DNA of 64,000 nucleotides, taken from Antedon mediterranea (Eukaryota > Animalia > Echinodermata). How positions within the stretch are numbered: the first letter of the stretch is position 1; every line of letters begins with the position of its first letter. Location: NCBI RefSeq assembly GCF_964355755.1, contig NC_092673.1:9920001-9984000 (forward strand), in the 5' to 3' direction. Below the pieces are notes generated by a model that was not told where the DNA came from, made no database searches, and saw only the letters and a program-made list of their open reading frames with translations. Below are positions 12,266 through 25,900 of this stretch, piece by piece. The position numbers and the translations under genes were made by a program.

Positions 12266-13890
12266 GGGCCTGTTTCTGCTGCATAAAAAATAACCGGTTA
12301 AAATCGGTGTGAATAAATTAAAATCGGTGTGAATAAATTAACTCCATTTTCTTGGCAGCAGAAACAGGACACATTTGTGGTAACCGGTTAAAAGGCAGCG
12401 CAAAATAACCGGTTAAAAACACCAATTTAAATCGGTGTTAGAACGCCGTTTAACCGGTTATCGCTGAGCAATTCTTAGCTGCAACACGAAATAACGGTTA
12501 TTTGATTGACAGTTGTGACCCCGGGTCAGATACCGTCGCATACGGTGTGTGTTTTCCTCGTGGTTTTGACAGTCGAACGAAGAAGTGAACATGTATGTGG
12601 ATGAATGAAATCACAAGATATGTTATTCAGTTGTGGGGGGAGAGAAAGTACGGGGAAGGATGGCAGGCAATAGAAAAGAATCACAGATAACAAATAAGAG
12701 CATTTTTGCGAAAGTAAAAGAGGAATTTGGGGTGGAGTTCCGGGGACTACCCAAGCTAAGCAATTTGAGGCGTTAGTACACGCTCGCGAAGGGTATGGAT
12801 GGTCCTATATTAACACCAAAACGGAAACAAAAGGGACTCAGAATGTTGCAAATACCTACCAAATGATAGTAGATAATGGTTAATTAATTATGAAAACCCA
12901 AATTTTATAGCAAAAATCATCCGAATTTATGTAATAAACGATGAATTTAGCAAAAAAAACTTAATCCAAACGAGCGTATTTATGGCACGCCCTTAGTGCC
13001 TTTAATAGGAGAACAATGAACAATCTTAATTTGATCGTTTTATATAATTTTTTTAGAAAAACATCACATCGACAGAAAACAAAGGTTATGAGAGCCTTTG
13101 ATAATATATTAAATATGATTTTATTAAGCATAGAAATGTGTTATTATTTATGTTAGTACATAAATATACGAAACAATGTTTAATACTCATTATTCTATTA
13201 AAGGCACTATGTGCGTGCGATATTCTATGACTTGGATACTCTCGTTTGATTTAAGTTTTTGTGGCTAAACTCGTCGTTTTTAACATAAATTCGGACGATT
13301 TTTGCTATAAAAGTTAGGGTTTCATAATTAATTAACAATTATCTACTCTTGTTTGGTAGGTATTGCAACATTCTAAGTCTCGTTTTTGTTTCCGTTTGGT
13401 TTTTTGTAGGACCGCGCTTGCGAAAGACAACAGTCGTTCACGTGGGAAGGGCCATATCATCATCGCCTTTGTTGAGGAATTTTAGGCTAGATAAAAATTA
13501 TCCTAGGCGATCGGGCGCTGCACGACCCTCCCCATGTTATTGAAGGCGCCATGAGAATTAATTTTATTAGCGATCAGTAAGTAGGCTTTACAAAAAACAA
13601 AACTTGTAGACCTGTAGACAACATTTTATTATTTTAACATGTTTGAGATGTTCGGCGATATACACACGTGTGTATTGACGACGTCGATGACACAAACAGC
13701 CAACGTACTACTTCCGTCTGAGTGTATTGCATTTTGGGTAATGATGACGTTTTGCTCGACGACCACCCATAGATTTAACCGGTTATTTCGGAGCACAAAT
13801 TGAGCAGAAACGCGGTCTTGTTATTGTTATCTATTTTTAATCTAATTTAAAATAACCGGTTAAATTGCGTTATGCAGCAGAAACAGACCC
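12266..13890. mobile_element. PIF/Harbinger-type MITE inserted in the Gypsy 3' LTR
   Basis: TIRs GGGCCTGTTTCTGCTGCATAA / TTATGCAGCAGAAACAGACCC flanked by TAA and TTA; repeated AACCGGTT motifs. Confidence 0.82.
12801..13413. mobile_element. Foldback element (about 200-bp TIRs) nested in the Harbinger MITE
   Basis: GGTCCTA...TAGGACC ends; 12812-13010 is the reverse complement of 13195-13402. No TSD is visible. Confidence 0.72.
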
Positions 13891-14043
13891 TTAATCCTAA
13901 TTGGTCAGATGAGATGGGCCAAGCCCAATATTATCATGCACTGACCACATTATTAACACAATCTTTTCTCAACCAGCATCTTAGCTACACCGTTTATTGC
14001 ATTGTCTTATCAAATATTGTATATTGTATATTTTATCTATTTA

Positions 14044-14375
14044 CAGTAGAACCTGTATTTTACGTACCCTGATTTTACGTTCCCTTGATTTTACGTACGC
14101 TTAAAATAACCGATGACGTCATCAGTATATACTGTACTTTTCTAGTTAGGCCTCATATCTTGCTAGGCCTGCTAGCCTGGCCTGAATAGTCTAGTAGGCA
14201 AGGCCTAGCTAGTGACCACCTGCAAGCTGTACAGTAAATAGGCAAACACGGTAGCCTTTATAGCTACGATTTCTACGTATTTGGGGACAATTTAAGGTCA
14301 ACCTCGATTTTACGAATCCCTTGTTTTACGTACGCCTTCCGGCCCCGTACCGTACGTAAAATGAAGGTTCTACTG
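14044..14375. mobile_element. Tc1/mariner (pogo-like) MITE inserted in the Gypsy 3' LTR
   Basis: TA TSD; TIRs CAGTAGAACCT..ATTTTACGTAC / GTACGTAAAAT..AGGTTCTACTG. Confidence 0.85.
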
Positions 14376-14469
14376 TATTGAGAATCCTCACTTGATTCAC
14401 TTGGAATAAATTGCATAGTTTACTGTATACATTTAGTAGTTGTTTTATTTTACCGTTGCGCCGACAATT

Positions 14470-16874
14470 ACTAAAAAAAAATTAAATGCCCACTAATGAA
14501 AAAGATTCAAATAAAACTAACCAACATGATAACCCCCAATTTACTTTTAAGACCAGGGAAGTTACCAGGGAAATTGTTGAAAGTAAGCTGTTAAAAATTG
14601 ACCCTAAAAAGGCCACCGGACCGGATGGGATCGGAGGCAAGATTCTGAAGCTGGCAGCCCCTATCATATCAAAACCACTTGCCTACATCATCAATAACAT
14701 TAATCACAACAAACATATTTCCAGACATCTGGAAACACTCTGTTGTTACACCAGTTCACAAATCTGGTGATACACATGACCTCAACAACTATAGACCTGT
14801 ATCAATTTTATCTAACATCTCTAAAATCACTGAAAAAATCCTTCACTCGCAGCTTTACCAACATCTCATCACACATAATATGCTATGCTGGAATCAGTTT
14901 CAGATCTGGTTTTCAACACTTACAGCACTAACCAATACTCTAAATAACTGGTATTCGAATATTGACAGAGGCCTCAATACAGGAGCTGTATTCATCGACC
15001 TTCGCAAAGGACCATCATGTTCTCATTCAAAAACTTCCAAACTTTGGCTTATCTCACACATCTATTCAACTAAAAAAATCTTACCTTTCAAATTGTACCC
15101 AGTGTGTTAAAATTGAAACCCATACTTCTACATCTCAGAATTTCACTATGGGTATTCCTCAAGGCTCTCTTATTGGACCACTTCTATTTACTCTGTTTAT
15201 AAATGACCTGCCACATGCAATTAAACACTCCAAAACCAACATTTATGCAGATGATACTATAATCTACTACTCATCAGCTTCACCAAATATTATTGAACTT
15301 AAACTAAATGAAGATCTTTTAAATATTTAAAGTTGGCTTAAACAAAACAAATTAATTATAAACTGTAAAAAAACATCCTCAATGCTTATTGGAACCCATA
15401 AAAAACTTAAACAACACAAAACCCTCCACCTCATATATAATAACATACCCATATCACAAACTGACAAACAGAAACATCTTGGCATTCACATTGATTCAAA
15501 TTTATCTTTTTTACCTCCGCCAAGGAGGTATCGGTAGCATGTGTTGGTTTGTTTCTTTGTTTGTTTGTTAGATTACAAGATCTTTACCAAAATAAATATA
15601 CAGATAGATATGTGGTCAAGGACCATTCCATTAAATTTTGAGACCATTTGGGATCATGGTCCCAATTCTGGACCACTTTTTAGTATACTTTTCAGACCTG
15701 CTAGTGTTAAAAGATAGGACAGCAGTCTTAAAGTACGGTAACAAGTAAACTGAAATTTCATTTTCTCGAGAACCACTTGTCCAAAAAACTTCATTTTTGT
15801 ACAAGAGGCAAGAGTTATAATTTGTGATTTGTAATTTTAAAACATAATTTGATTTAATGTGCACGTTTTTTTGATGCGAGTAGTTTAAAAAACCTATTTC
15901 TTTTCAAATTTACTCATTTGATTTTCGCGTTGCTGTTCTATTGTTAGTCAACTGAAGCTATTGTTAATTGAAAGGCTTGTTACATAACCATTACAACAAA
16001 CTTGCATACACATGCTTGTAGTGAAATTAACCTAAATCACAAACAGCATTAAAACACACACAAATATATATATATTTTTTTTAACCGGACAAATCTTATG
16101 TAGGAGAATTTTACAGTAGGCGGAGGTATGCACTCTCGGAGTGGCTTTCTAGTTCTTTTCATGTAAATAAACTCCGTTCCAAACCCATCATTTCATTAAT
16201 AAACACACATCCATACTCCTCTATAACACTATAATCCTCCCACACATTGACTATTGCTGTAGTGTTTTGGGAACCAGATCGAATATTGACCGAATACAGA
16301 CCATGCAAAATAGAGCATTTCGCATTATCCTTAAAGCTCATCCTCTCACACCACGAACATTTACAACACCTTAAATCTTCATACAGTCCAAGATTGCATA
16401 CATCTACAACTGGGCTGCCTTGCCTACAGGTCTGCAAATGGTCTTGCTCCGGAATACCATGCCCTGCGTCTTGCCAGAATTTCAAATCATCGATGTACCC
16501 GAAGTGTCAGTGAGAGGAAATTTGTCGTCCCTTTCCCTAAAACTGAAACCTTTAAGCAGCTTCATCTATAGAGCACCAACATACCTGAAATTGCTACCCA
16601 CCAAACTAATTAGAAATGCGGTAATAATAAATAATTTTAAGTCTACTCTAAACAAATATTTAATCCCAAAAGAAAAAACTCAACGTTTTGTATAGTATTG
16701 TAGGCTATATTTTTGTATTAAAGTACATATAATATATATTTTTTATATTTTTTTAAACATAGTTCATCCGTTTTTCTTTTTCCATATATGTTTATGTGAG
16801 GCCCCCTTGATTGTCAGCATGTGCTGTTTATATTAGGGTCACCCTCACTAAATAAGGTTTAATAAAAAAAAAAA
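14470..16874 (+). mobile_element. CR1/L2-group LINE 3' part (RT, 3' UTR, A-rich tail); probably the continuation of 5790-6686
   Basis: KATGPDGI, NNYRPVSIL, GIPQGSLIGPLLF and YADDT motifs; 3' end GGCCCCCTTG...GGGTCACCCTC...AAATAAGGTTTAATAAAAAAAA. Confidence 0.85.
15509..16153 (+). mobile_element. Helentron-associated non-autonomous element (HINE/DINE-1-like)
   Basis: Subterminal IRs ACCTCCGCC / GGCGGAGGT, GTTT microsatellite, 3' hairpin CACTC-TCG-GAGTG and CTAGT end. Inserted in a T run of the LINE RT without TSD. Confidence 0.88.
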
Positions 16875-18480
16875 GCGTGGTATCATTCTTGGACCGAAGC
16901 TTCCTTCTCTTACAATCATACAGTATAATAAAATCTTGGAGGTAATCTGGTGCTAGGTTTGCGAGACAATTATAAACATGCAAAAGTACCTTAAATTGAA
17001 TTCTACAATGAAGCTCGTTAAGAAGAGGTTCTGCCCTTACACTCAAAGTCACCTGAAATAAGCCTAGCGGGTCGATTTTATATATATATTTCGGTATATC
17101 TTTATTAAAAAAAGTAAAATGACACAAACAGCCGATGGCTGAAACCGTAGTCGTACATTATAAATATAAATATACAATCATGATAAAAACAGTCTTTGCA
17201 ATCGTTGGTCTTTAACAGATATACCAACAGAATTACAATAGTCCAATCTAGAGAGAACAAGGGATCTAGTGGCCTCAGCGCATGTCTTATTATCTAAGAA
17301 CTTTCTTATTTTACATAGACCTCTTAGATACCAGTTAACCGTGGGACAAGTCATATTAATATGAGGAGTCATGCTAAGGTCTGTATCGAAGACTACTCTG
17401 AGATTCTTAACGGTATCTGATGGTTTCAGAATTTCACCACCAATATTAAAGGCCAGGTGCGGGCAAAAAATTTCTATTGATCATACATTCCAATAATTAT
17501 CGATCTATAGTTTCCCCTATGTTTCATAATTTTTGGGATTTTATTTGTGTTACAGGAGCTTTTTGAAAATTAGCACTTTCATATCAGTTCAAATTACACA
17601 GTTCAAATTACACAGTAAAATCTCTATTCTTTTGTACACAAATTTTGAAAATAGAGAGGCATTTTAAAAAGCTATGAAAAATAAACGGTGTGGTAAAAAA
17701 TGTTATCAGATGACTAAATATAGGTAATATAACTTGAATTTTACATTTCTGGTATTTTTATTCAACTTCCGAATTTTATTTTCATGCTATAGCAAAAATT
17801 ATCCACCGTATATCCACCATCTTTTTTCACCTTCTAGGGAGTCACCAGACATGTTATTACATTATGCTAACTACCTAACTACTGAAAAAAAGTCTTTCCT
17901 GTTTTTTTTGGCAGAATTTTGCCGAATTTTGTATTTGACCATATTAGGGGAAATTCATGGTTTTTCGTCTTGATTTCTGTTACAAATATTTGATTTATGT
18001 ACAATTAACCAGATATTATATTTAAAATTCATGCCTGTACCTGAGCTTTAAGTTCAATTTTCCTATCATTAACATTTACCTTTGGTGGGACCAAAACAAA
18101 AAGTTCTGTCTTTTGCTCATTAAGCTTAAATTTATTTTTACACATCCATAATTTAAGTGTATTGATACAGGTTGTTAATCTAAAAATAGACACTTCTGTC
18201 ACCGGGTATTTTAGGATCAAAGCTTGAATAAAGTTGGGTATCATCAGCATATAGATGCTACCCAATGAGACTTTATAATATCGGCAATAGGTCTAGTATA
18301 CGCTGTGAAAAGTGCCAGGCTAATTGTTGACCCCTGAGGGACACCGAATTTAATTTTTGTTATTTCAGATTCACAACCCAACAATTTGACCTTGTAACAT
18401 CGGTTGTTTAAATATGATTCTATTTAATTTATAGCACCACTTTGATACCAAACTTATTAGATAATCTATTTATTGCTAAT
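16875..18480 (-). mobile_element. L2-clade LINE RT fragment, interrupted
   Basis: GVPQGS, YADDT, LKLNEQKTE, LVLSRLDYCNS and RIQFKVLL motifs on the minus strand. Confidence 0.82.
17450..18047. mobile_element. Kolobok-type MITE in the L2 fragment
   Basis: TTAA TSD; imperfect TIRs AGGCCAGGTGCGGGCA / TGCCTGTACCTGAGCT. Confidence 0.7.
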
Positions 18481-18489
18481 AATAGCTTT

Positions 18490-19131
18490 TCTAAGCAATC
18501 TTTGTTCTAATTTTATTGCTGTTTGTTTTCGCCATTAGCTGGTCTCTTAGCATTTCATTGGCAAATATTCCATACTCACATCGTGACGCAAGTTCTCTGA
18601 GAGTGGCTATATAGTCATCGAGAGACTCTCCCGGTAATTGCGCACGTTTTCTAAATTGGTAGCATTCTGCAACCATGCTCACGTGCTGCGCAAAATGAGT
18701 TTCTAAAGTAACCAATGCTCTCGTATAACAATTTTCGTCTGCTTTTCCAATTTTGGGTAAAGAATAAAAAATTCTTTGGCCCTCAGGTCCTAACGAGTGT
18801 AGTGTAGTAACATAGCCTTCTTACATTCAACTTACTCACCCGTGGCCGCCGCAGCCAGCATGTAATTCTCGATGGTATGGTAGCTTCTCCTGGCGTGGGT
18901 AGAAATGGAACTGGCGCTTCTATCCTTCTAGTCGCTATATAAAATAATTCATTAATAACTTAGCAACAGGTTCATTAATGATTCTCGTCGCCAATTATGG
19001 TAGACAGCAATAAAATGATACTAGAATAAACCGGTGTTTATATAAACATCTTAATAACAGCCTTTTATTCCATCTCCTTTCCTACTCCTCTACCCATGTG
19101 GTCTCCACTACTGCCCTCATCGGATACCACA
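18490..19131 (-). mobile_element. Mag-clade Gypsy 5' remnant: 136-bp LTR (18996-19131), PBS and partial gag
   Basis: Minus strand reads TGTGGTA...TACCATA, then TGGCGACGAG (tRNA-Ser type PBS); gag FRKRAQLPGESLDDYIATLRELASRCEYG...MLRDQL. Confidence 0.8.
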
Positions 19132-19284
19132 AAGACGTTGCAAGTAGAACTCCTGTATTTTATAATTACATTTATACATGATAGGTGTTTTACATCTTGG
19201 TGAGATATATTCATAAAATGACTTCATAATGTTACAATGATCATCTTAATTTTCTTTTATTTTTTGTTTGTTTGTAGTACCCGA

Positions 19285-19432
19285 ATGATTTCAGCTGTTT
19301 TTCATCAAAGGTTGATTCAAATGCGGAGAATTAACGTCCCTATCAAACTTTTTCAACGTTATAACAATCACATACTTCAACATTCTTCTCTGCGATTTTA
19401 CAAACAGTCCGGAATAGTATTTGCTAAAAAAG
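19285..19432 (+). CDS. MRRF: First coding exon of mitochondrial ribosome recycling factor (exon 19278-19432, presequence)
   Basis: T-rich tract plus TAG acceptor at 19277 and AG|GTGAG donor at 19433. MISAVFHQRLIQMRRINVPIKLFQRYNNHILQHSSLRFYKQSGIVFAKK has no acidic residues and ends like human MRRF ...HFATKK. Phase 1 matches the next exon. Confidence 0.72.
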
Positions 19433-19936
19433 GTGAGGTTTTTTTAATTATATGAAAATTCTAATTATACAGTACTTTGTATAAAAGATTTTTAATCATA
19501 AGCTACAACCTTTGAAGGTATTTTTCACCACTTCTGTTAACGCAGCTGATATTTTATTCATAATGGTTTAGGAAAATGCCCTTCTTACCATTAATTTGGA
19601 AAATCAATGAAAATTAAACTTCCCTGGAAAAAAGTCATAACATTACTTGGACACTTTCTCTGCAATTTCAGACGTTTTATAAAATAATGCATATATTGTA
19701 TAAAAACAACAATCCAGATCATTCCTCATATGTATGTTTTATGGTTAATTATGATAAAAATAGAAAAACAATGTACACTTACTTCACGTCGAATGTCCTT
19801 TCATGGACGGTCTTAGCCTATAGACTAGGTAGGCTTAGATTTGTAGGCCTAGCTGGTCACAATAAGTAACATGTGTATCATTGGTTATCCGCACTCCTAT
19901 CTTGAAGAAAAGACTATGGCTAGGCCCTAGCAGATT

Positions 19937-22900
19937 GAGTGTTGACAAAGTGCGAGGCAGCGAGGCATGTGCAGCACGCGAGGCACGCCAAATATTTGTG
20001 CGGGGCATCATTTTATCATTTCCAAAAGTGCGAGGCATATAGTTTACAATTTCAAAAAGGTGCGAGGCATATCTTAACGTGCTATTATGCTATATTGTAG
20101 TCATAATAATCAATTATTTATATTTGTATAATACTTAGGCCTAGTGACCTAGTGAGAGATGGAAAATCCCTCTTTACTATTTAACAAGTAGCGGCGGAGT
20201 GATTCTGCCCTGAGAGGATTTGGCCTTGTGGCGATTCCCCTCCTATATAGCACATGGTTTCAGCAGCAACGCACAGACTTCTCTCTCTGAGCGGCGTGCC
20301 AAAGACATTTTTGACATTCCATTCTTTAGGAAGTCAACTCGTGTACCTCTTTCGCAAATAAAATGAACAGCGATGGCCACGACAAGTTCAATAACTGGGG
20401 GTGAATAAAAGGTAACTGTTATATGCTGATCAAATAAAATGCCGCAAAGAAAAAAATTTGCGAGAATTCTGAAGCGCGTGTGAAAAAACGTAATACTAGG
20501 CTTAAAATTAAACTTTAGCTAATATAACCCATAGGCCTATGCAGAAAATAATTGAATAAATTTTTATATAATAATAATTGGTGTAATATTTTAATAATGA
20601 TACGCTATTCCTGTTTTAGTAGGCTAGGTATATTACGATTTTTATTTATTGTTGTCCATGTAACGTACTAATAAACCTGGCGCTAGTTTCCTTCGCTTGT
20701 ATTTTTACTCCAAATTTGATAACTAGCTTTATCGTGTGAATACCACACCTTAGAAGTATACCTCATGAGTACTGTACTTTAATGAAAGAATCACATAAAA
20801 AGTAACAAATAAATCCTTAAATTAATGATTTTACAGGCGTGTTCCTCGCACAATTTTCGCAAATTTCACGCATGTTCAATAGTTTTGTCTCTACGATAAT
20901 AGAGGACTAAAACTCAGTGGAATCCGTCAATTTCTCATGCATTTATTGGTGAAAAACACGTTTTATTTCAATATATTTGTTAATCTGTCAATAAAAATAC
21001 TGTAATAATGTTACCACTGATTGTGATACTGTTCTGTTTTCAAAGAATAATAATCGATCCTAAATCAACATCACTACCTAGCCTAGACCTAGGACATCCT
21101 ACTAAAGGATTATGATGAATTGTTCTATGTTATTCTTTAAAAGGTTAACGAAACCGTGGACAGCATCAACAGTAACATTTTTCCTTACTGACTGACAAAA
21201 TCTTCACCAAACAATGCGTTAAATATATAGATTACACAGAGTTTTTAGCCCTCTAATTGGTTATCCGCACTTGGCGGATAACCCCTTGTTATTGTCAGGA
21301 TCTTTTTTTTTTTTTTTTTTTTTTTTTTGGTTATCCGCAACTAGTAAGTTGCGGATAACCCTTGTTATTGTAAATATCTTTTTTTTCATCTTCTTTATTA
21401 GTTATCCGCTTAGTAGCGGATAACTCCTTGTAATCGTCCTGGATCTTTTTTTTTGGGCATTTACGTGAAGTTGTGCACCTCCTATTTTGAATGACGTCAA
21501 AGTTGCGCAACGTGACTTACGTGCGATTTTATGATTTTTTATGATTGATCATAGCTAAAAACCAAGCATAATTTTATTTTGACACTTTCTGAAAATTTAA
21601 GTCATATCAAGGGCAAACTTTTTGTGGATTAAAAATGCCATGTTTTACAAGACGTTACGCGCGCACGCGCATTTCTCCTCTATTTTTGTGTCTCACTTAT
21701 ATAAAAAATGTGTAAACATAACATTTCATAACTTTGTCAACATATGGGCATTCATGTGAAGTTGTGCACCTACTATTGTGAATGACGTCAGAAATGCGTA
21801 ACGTGACTTACGCATGATTTTATGAATTTCCCGTATTCAACATAGATTGAAAACCATATAACTATGTAAGTTGAAACTTAGCAAAAGTTTAATTTATATC
21901 TTGCGCTAGCTTTTTGTGCACTAAAAATGGCATTTTTTAAACGAAGTTACGCGTGCACGCGCATTTAAAATTTAAAATGCGCAAAATTAATTTCTAATCA
22001 ACTTTCTACGCTGATCATGACATTTTGAGCATGTCAAAAATTCCAACGCGCGCGAACAATTTTACGCGTGTGGTCCGCACGTAGCGCTAAAAACATCTTT
22101 TTTTGCGTGAATTATGTCTTTCCAGCCTTTTATAGTGATTTTATCAAATTTTAAAACAATTTAGACTAAAAATTACGTCATACGAGCACGTCGAATTATA
22201 CAATTTGTGCGTGTTTTTAAAGAAAATATTCAAAAATTCGTCAAAATTATGCCTTTTTTTAAACAATCATAGATTCTAAACTACGTGGAGAACTTTTTTT
22301 TACTTACATATTCTGGAAGGTGATGAGTTGTAGATATCGGATCATTAATCAATATGGCTAACCGGACATTGTGACGTCATCGTATGGCCACGCGAATATA
22401 AAATATAGGATTTTTGTCTCTTTCGTCATAGCTCATCATATTTAATAGAGCGCATCTCCACTTATTCGTTGTCCATTTTCACCCCGATTTTAATATATTC
22501 TAGGTCAATCAACTATCTTTTGCATGAATTAAAATTTTTTTAATTTTTTTAACGTCATCATGCCTAAAAATTTAAATTACGTTGGTCATTAATTTCATCT
22601 TTACAGTAAATTTTAATCTGTTATAGCTCGTAAGAATAAAATGTGATAATCACGATTAAAACGTTTTCAGGAAGCTATTGTATTGTAGATACAAAATCAT
22701 GTGAAAATTGTGCCAATTGAATGTTGTGACATCATCATATGGCCAGTTAAATAAAAAAAGTCGTATTTTCATCTTTTGCGTTATATTTCATTACATTTAA
22801 AAGAGCGCGCATCAATATTTCACGTATTCAAATTTCTTCTACACGTTAATATGTTGTTGCTGAGATAATTTCATTCTGAAATTTCTACTTTTGCATTTCA

Positions 22901-25900
22901 TTTTGAAAACCGTCAAGATGTTAAAAATTACAATAAAATACCGGTCCCGTAATTTCACCTATTTTACACTGTTTGTGATATGTATACAGATTGTACTGTG
23001 TATACTATATGACACAAAATAACAGAATTCAGAAATAACAACATAATCATATTCTTCAGTTCAGGTCATAATGCCTTAATATTTTTCTGTGTGCAATATT
23101 CTAACGTATGACGTGCACGTGGCGTTTGTCGAGCGGATAACTAACTCGTCAAAGTGACGAGTTTCATGTCTAGTTCTTCTTTCTTTCCCGGAATTTTGTT
23201 GCATGCATATCTCTCATCCTTGTCAACATAAGATTGTATAACTTGGTCATCATATAGACATTTACCTGAAGTTGTGCACCTCCATATTTTGAATGACGTC
23301 AGAGTTGCGCAACGTGACTTACGCGCGATTTTATGAATTTCAATGATTGATCATAGGATAAAAAATAAAAGTCACTTTGTAATAACACTTGGTGAACATT
23401 TAAGTTATATCAAGGGCAAACTTTCTATGGATTAAAAATGGCATGTTTCACAGAAAGTTACGCGCGCACGCGCGTTTAAAATTTCAAAAAGCGAAAAATC
23501 AACTTCTAATCAACTTTCTACGCGTTTCATGTCATTTTGAGCATTTCAAAAATTCCCACGGGTGCGCATTTTTTTTACGCGTGCGTGCGCACGTAGCGCA
23601 AAAAACATCTATTTTTGCTTGATTTTTGTTTTTTCAGCCTATTCTAGTAATTTTACCAACTTTCAAACAATTCTTACTTAAAATCACGTCATACGAGCAC
23701 GTAGAATTGAAAAATTTGCGCGCATTTTTTATGAAAAAGTTCAAAAATTTGTCAAAATTATGCCTTTTTTTAAACAGTCATAGATTCTAAACTACGTGGT
23801 GAACTTTTTTTAAATTACATATTCTGGAAGTAGATGAGTTGTAGATATCGAATCATGAATCAATATAGCTAACCGGACATTGTGACGTCATCGTATGGCC
23901 ACTCGAATATAAAATATAAGATTTTTGTCTCTTTCGTTATTGCTCATCACATTCAACAGAGCGCATCTCGCTTATACGTATTCCATTTCCCCCGAGATTT
24001 CCATATTGTGTACGTCAATCAACTATCTTTCGCAGGAGTTAAAATATTTTAATTTTTATGACGTCATCATGTCTAAAAATGTAAACAACCTGGGTCACTT
24101 ATTTTCATCTTTACAGTAAATTTTAATCTGTTATATCTCGTCAGAATAAAAAGTGATAATCATGATTTAAACGTTTTCTGGAAGTCATTGAATTGTAGAT
24201 ACGAATTTATGTAAATATTTAGCCAACCAGATGTTGTGACGTCATCATATGGCCAGTTGAATAAAAAAAGTCGTATTTTCATCCTTTGCGTAAAAGTTCA
24301 TTGCGTTTAAACGAGAGCGCGTGTCACTTTTACGTGCCCAAAATTCTTCAAATTTGTATTAATGTAATTATTTAGATAATTATCTTCTAAAATAGTTATC
24401 TTTATATGTCAATTTGATGACATCATCATGTTATTAATTGGATTTAAAAGATGGTCTCCTAATTTCGTCTATACTACACTGTATATAACATATAACAGTG
24501 TATTCTATTACATGCTGTATGCTACATAATAGGTACAATTCAGCACTGTAAACATGTTTAATTCTGTCATAGGATGGCATAATATTTGTCGAAGTTCATA
24601 TAGTTTAAAGTATGTGCATGTTGCCTTTGCGCGGATAACCCGAACTCGTCAAAGTGACGAGTTCAAATCTAGTTGGTTATCCGCAACTTTAAGTTGCGGA
24701 TAACCCTTGTGATTGTAAATATCTTTTTTTTCATCTTCTTCTTTGTTATTCTTCTTTCTTTCCCGGATTTTTGTGCGTCGCATATCTCTCATCCTTGTCA
24801 ACATAAGATTGTATAACTTTGTCAAAAGATTGACCTGTAGCTGTAGATGTGCAAGAAACTTCGTTATATGACGTTAGAGTTGCGCAGCGTAAGTTACGCG
24901 CGATTTTATGAATTTCAATGATTGGTCATAGATTATAAACCAAAAGTCGTTTTGTATTGACACTTGGTGAAAATTTAAGTCATATCAAGGGCAAACTTTC
25001 TATGGATTAAAAATGACATGTTTCACAAGAAGTTACGCGCGCACACGCATTTAAAATTTAAAAATGCGCAAAATTTATTTCTAATCAACTTTCTACGCCG
25101 ATCATGACATTTTTAGCATGTCAAAAATTCCCACGCGCGCGAAAAAAATTACGCGTAAGGTGCGCACGGAGCATGAAAATCATGTGTTTTTTTCTTGAAT
25201 TATGATTTTACAGCCTTTCTTAGTCATTTTTAAAAAGATTTACATCATTTCAAATTAAAATGACGTCATAAGAACACGTTGATTTAGACAATTTGCGTGC
25301 GTTTTACTTGCAAAAGTGACAAAATATTGTCAAAATTATGCCTACTTTGAATCTATTATAGCTCCTCAGGATCAACCGTTACCCCCAATTTTTTTAATTT
25401 AATATGTAAGCAGATATGTTGCAGATATGAATTCATGCAGAATCTTTACCCCTCAGATGTTATGACGTCATCGTATGGCCACACGAATGTAAAATATTGG
25501 ATTTTTGACTGTTTCGCTATTGCTCATTACATTAAATAGAGCGCATATCGCTTATACGTATTCCATTTCCTCAGATATTTTAATACTGTCTAGTTCAATC
25601 AACTATCTTTCGCATGAGTTAAAAATATTTTAATTTTTATGACGTCATCATGTCTAAAAATGTAAATAACGTGGGTCACCTATTTTCATCTTTACAGTAA
25701 ATTTCAATCTGTTATAGCTCGTCAGAATAAAAAGTGATCATCATGATTAAAACGTTTTCTGGAAGCTATTGGATTGTAGATACAGATTCATGTGAATATT
25801 TTGCCAATTAGATGTTGTGACGTCATTATATGGCCAGTTGAATACAACAAGTCGTATTTTCATATTTTGCGTCATAGTTCATCACATTTAAAAGAGCGCG

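Larger units (their letters stand above)
7139..14466 (+). mobile_element. CsRn1-clade Gypsy retrotransposon; 5' LTR missing, decayed, with nested MITEs
   Basis: PBS TGGTGACCC (tRNA-Trp type) at 7139, gag-pol, PPT GGAAGGGGG near 12074, and a 3' LTR starting TGTAGC at 12087 with AATAAA near 14405. LTR end is approximate. Confidence 0.88.
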
